A stretch of 64,000 nt of DNA, taken from assembly GCA_963920595.1 (NCBI GenBank), contig OY986947.1, positions 3,720,001-3,784,000 of the forward strand, in the 5' to 3' direction. Shown piece after piece: positions 60,749 to 64,000 of the stretch (its first letter is position 1; each line of letters opens with the position of its first letter). This stretch comes from Eimeria praecox. Its lineage: Eukaryota. The position numbers and the translations under genes were made by a program. Below the pieces are notes generated by a model. That model was not told the origin of the DNA. It was given only the letters and a program-made list of their open reading frames with translations, and did no database searches.

Positions 60749-61827
60749 AACCCTAAACCCTAAACCCTAGGACTAGGGTTTAGGGTCTAAACCCTAAACC
60801 CTAAACCCTAAACCCTAAGCTGTTTAAAACAAGCAGCAACAAACGAACAAGGTGCAGCACAGAGCTAACCCCCGGCAGCCCGTGGCTTAGATCTAAACCC
60901 TAAACCCTAAACCCTAAACCCTAAACCCTAAACCCTAGCAATGCCAGACTCCAGCACATCTTCTAGATAATATACATGTTAAGGTATGCCGACTCTATCA
61001 GTTCTTATCAAGACGCAGAGCTTAGGGTTTAGGGTTTAGGGTTTAGGGTTTAGGGTTTAGATCTAAGCCACGGGCTGTCGGGGGTTAGCTCTGTGCTGCA
61101 CCTTGTTCGTTTGTTGCTGCTTGTTTTAAACAGCTTAGGGTTTAGGGTTTAGGGTTTAGGGTTCCGAGTTTAAGGCTAAGGGTTTAGGGTTTAGGGTTTA
61201 GGGTTTAGGGTTAAGTGTCTAGGGTTTAGGGTTTAGGTTTCTGTCTTGCGATGAGGGTTTATGGTTTAGGGCTTCAGATTGATTGTTGAGGGTCTACTCT
61301 TAATATTTTAGGGTTTAGGGTTTAGGGTTTAGGGTCTAGGGTTTAGGGTTTAGGGTTTAGGGTTTAGGGTTTAGGGTTTGTGGCTCCACCGACCCCATCA
61401 CATCACCACCCCCAGATCCCTTATCATTATTTTCTTTTATTTGTTTGTTTATTTTTGTTTATATAAATAAAATTTAAATAAATTTTTAATTTTATTTTCA
61501 ATTAATATATTTTTATTAATGTTTATTGCTTCTTATTCTACAACCTTGTGGGTTTAGGGTTTAGGGTTTAGGGTTTAGGGTTTAGGGTTTAGGGTTTAGG
61601 GGTTGCTGCATCCTACCCTCCTTCCTCTTCTCTGTCTGCATGCGCAGCAACATTATTCTTTCTTGTATATTTATATTTTTATTAACTCATTAAAACACTC
61701 TCCTCTAAAACCCTAAACCCTAAACCCTAAACCCTAAACCCTAAACCTTAACGGAGGCCCTCCCTCCCCCCTGTAGCGACAAGCCAGGGTTTAGGGTTTA
61801 GGGTTTAGGGTTTAGGGTTTAGGGTTT
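60749..61827. repeat. Cluster of interstitial telomere-like (AAACCCT)n/(AGGGTTT)n tracts in both orientations
   Basis: Multiple heptamer runs that switch orientation. Similar tracts occur at about 5.1, 5.75-5.96, 18.3, 37.2-37.9, 38.7-38.9, 42.8, 44.2, 48.2-48.35 and 54.8-55.0 kb, often next to splice sites. Confidence 0.9.
60787..61163. repeat. Foldback inverted repeat: about 140-nt arms (unique core of about 80 nt flanked by telomeric heptamers) around a spacer of about 85 nt
   Basis: 60816-60896 (TAAGCTGTTTAAAACAAGCAGC...CGTGGCTTAGATCTA) is the reverse complement of 61058-61137 with one mismatch. The flanking AAACCCT/AGGGTTT runs extend the pairing. Confidence 0.95.
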
Positions 61828-61833
61828 GATACA

Positions 61834-62204
61834 ATGTTATCTAAACCTAAACGTAAAGATAAACACAGACTACACTCGCATGCTGATTCCGCTGCAGCTT
61901 CTACTTCTTCTCTCCCCGAGGGGGATATGTCTTTAGGGGCCCCCCGGGGGCCCCCCCAGGGGCCCCCTCAAGGGGCCCCCCTAGGGGCCTCCCGGGGCCC
62001 CCCCCAGGGCCCCCCTCAAGGGGCCCCTCTGGGGGCCCCCCAGGGGGCCCCCCAGGGGGCCCCTCAGGGGGCCCCTGGGGGGGGGGGCCCTCAGGGCCCC
62101 CGAGAAGAGGATGAGGGTCCCCGCAGCAGCAGAAGACGCAGCAGACGGCTTCGAGATCGCAGCCCCCCAGACTACTCTGCTGATGATATATTAGATATGG
62201 TGAC

Positions 62205-62251
<47 letters not shown>

Positions 62252-62491
62252 GACAGAAGAAGAGGGGGGCATCTAAGGGGCAAGCTTCTTCAAAGCCTTC
62301 TAGCCGCCGTCTTCGTAGAGAAGAAGGGAGAGAGGGAGGAGGGGGGGGGCCCCTAAACCCTTGGGGGCCCCTATCTCTACATGCTGCTTCAGGGGGCCCC
62401 CCTCTTCTTCAGGGGGCCCCCCCTTCCTCTAGCAGCTCAGCTTCTTCGTCCTCCTCTTCTCTTAGGGCCTTAGGTGTAGTAGGCCCGGGAT

Positions 62492-62542
<51 letters not shown>

Positions 62543-62625
62543 ATAATGATGCTTGTGTCCTTGTACCCCTCCATCAAGCCAGGGCCCTATTAGCCTGTGC
62601 TTCTCCTGCAGCAGTGCAGCTAGCT

Positions 62626-62658
<33 letters not shown>

Positions 62659-62942
62659 AACCCATATCATAACGACACCCCACAAGACACCTTCCCTACA
62701 GACACCAGGGGGGCCCCCTGGGGGCCCCCCCCTGTACCCTCTGCAGGCGAAGGAACTGGGGGGGGGGCCCCCATGCAAGCAGCACACCATCAAACCCTAG
62801 GGGGAGGGGCCCCCCATGGGTCTACACATCCTTACAGGTATATCTACTACTGTCTCTGTTTGCTGCTGCCTGTCTCTGTTTGTTTGTATTTATTTATTTC
62901 TATTTATTTATCTGTCTGTCTCCTTCTTATTCTTTGTGTCTC

Positions 62943-63025
<83 letters not shown>

Positions 63026-63691
63026 TCTTATCTTTTTGTATTTCTTATCAGGCATCCTTCTGTCTCTCTTTCGTCTTTCCCTGGGAGTCGTCTGCCCTCA
63101 TTAGCCCGGGGGGGCCCCCTTGGGGGCCCCCCTCTTGGGGGCCCCCCCTTAGGAGGCCCTGTCTTAGGGGGCCCCCCTTTGGGGGGCCCCCCTCTTGGGG
63201 GCCCTTCCGTGGGGGCCCCTGGGGGCCCCTCCTCCAACTCTGGACGATTGAACCTCCACGGCAATCCCTTCTCGTTGCAGCTGCATGCACAGGAGCCCCT
63301 GATGGGGGGGCCCCCCAGGGGCCCCGGGGCCCTTGGGGGCCCCCCTTCTATAGAGAAAGCAAGGAGACGAAGTAGCAGCGATACGCCAGCATCACAGGGT
63401 ACCCCTTTAAAGGGAATACGGGCGAGGAGACTGTCTCTAAGAGAGACACAAGCTCAAGGCTGGGGTCAGGGGGCCCCCGGGGGCCCCCCCGGGGGGGCCC
63501 CCGGGGGCCCCTCCTCTGGGGGGGCGGGCCCTGGAGGAACCCTCTTAGGGGGGCCCTCTGGGGGGGCCATGGGTGCGGTGGGGGCCCCAGGGGGCCCCCA
63601 TGCACATACACTCCAAACACCCGAGCGTCTCCTCCACGCCAATCCTGTTAGGGACCTGAGCTGCAGCTACTCGCTGCAGCAGCAGCAGCAG

Positions 63692-63731
<40 letters not shown>

Positions 63732-64000
63732 ACCCTGGTCATAGGATAGAGGCGAGGGGTGCTACTGTAAGGAGGCCCATGGGGGCCCCTGCAGCAGCAG
63801 CTGCTGCAATGTCGGGGGCCCCCACGAGCTTTCCCGGGCCCCACAGCATCAGTTTCGATTGCTCAGCTGGGGGTTTTGCTGCTGCTGCTGCTGCTGCAGC
63901 AGCAGCAGCAGGGGAAGCTGCAGCAGCAGCATCTCCAAGGCCCCCCCCTTGCAGCAGCTCAAGGGAGAGGGGCCCCCATGGGGGGCCCCTCTACGCGCAG
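61834..64000 (+). CDS. Hypothetical protein, 5' part (Gly/Pro-rich, basic NLS-like segments); probably continues beyond the window
   Basis: ATG 61834 (MLSKPKRKDKHR...). Exon 1 runs to donor TACAG|GTATAT at 62837, followed by a (TA)n intron and an acceptor at 63051 with an in-phase continuation RHPSVSLSSFPGSRLP. No domain recognised. Confidence 0.55.

Noticed and set aside
60749..61827. True chromosome end or telomere fusion
   Set aside because: The tracts are short, interspersed and flanked by genes. Such interstitial heptamers occur throughout the window.

Overview
This is eukaryotic, intron-rich DNA. It has the repeat signature of an Eimeria-type coccidian (Apicomplexa) nuclear genome: dense (CAG)n tracts in exons and introns, interstitial telomere-like (AAACCCT)n, TGCATGCA octamers, (GCTA)n, (TA)n and GGGGGCCCCC motifs. 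Most six-frame ORFs are microsatellite artefacts, so I assembled genes by hand from GT-AG junctions and reading phase. Genes in order: (1) a 9-exon minus-strand gene resembling mitoribosomal mS45/Bot1; (2) a very large plus-strand gene ending in a RAP domain; (3) a short gene with a C-terminal transmembrane segment; (4) a small 2-exon proline-rich protein with a complete WH2-Central-Acidic (VCA) tail like WASP/WAVE/WASH Arp2/3 activators; (5) a repeat-poor island with decayed apicoplast-type tRNAs (probable NUPT) and a decayed Ty3/gypsy retrotransposon; (6) a 12-exon signal-peptide/TM protein with a Ulp1/C48 (CE-clan) protease-like domain that appears to lack its catalytic Cys; (7) proteasome lid subunit Rpn9/PSMD13, one of whose introns holds 18 tandem copies of the next exon's acceptor and 5' part spaced by telomeric repeats; (8) a macrodomain protein; (9) a telomere-repeat-built foldback hairpin; (10) the 5' part of a hypothetical gene. 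All family calls come from motif recognition, not database searches.
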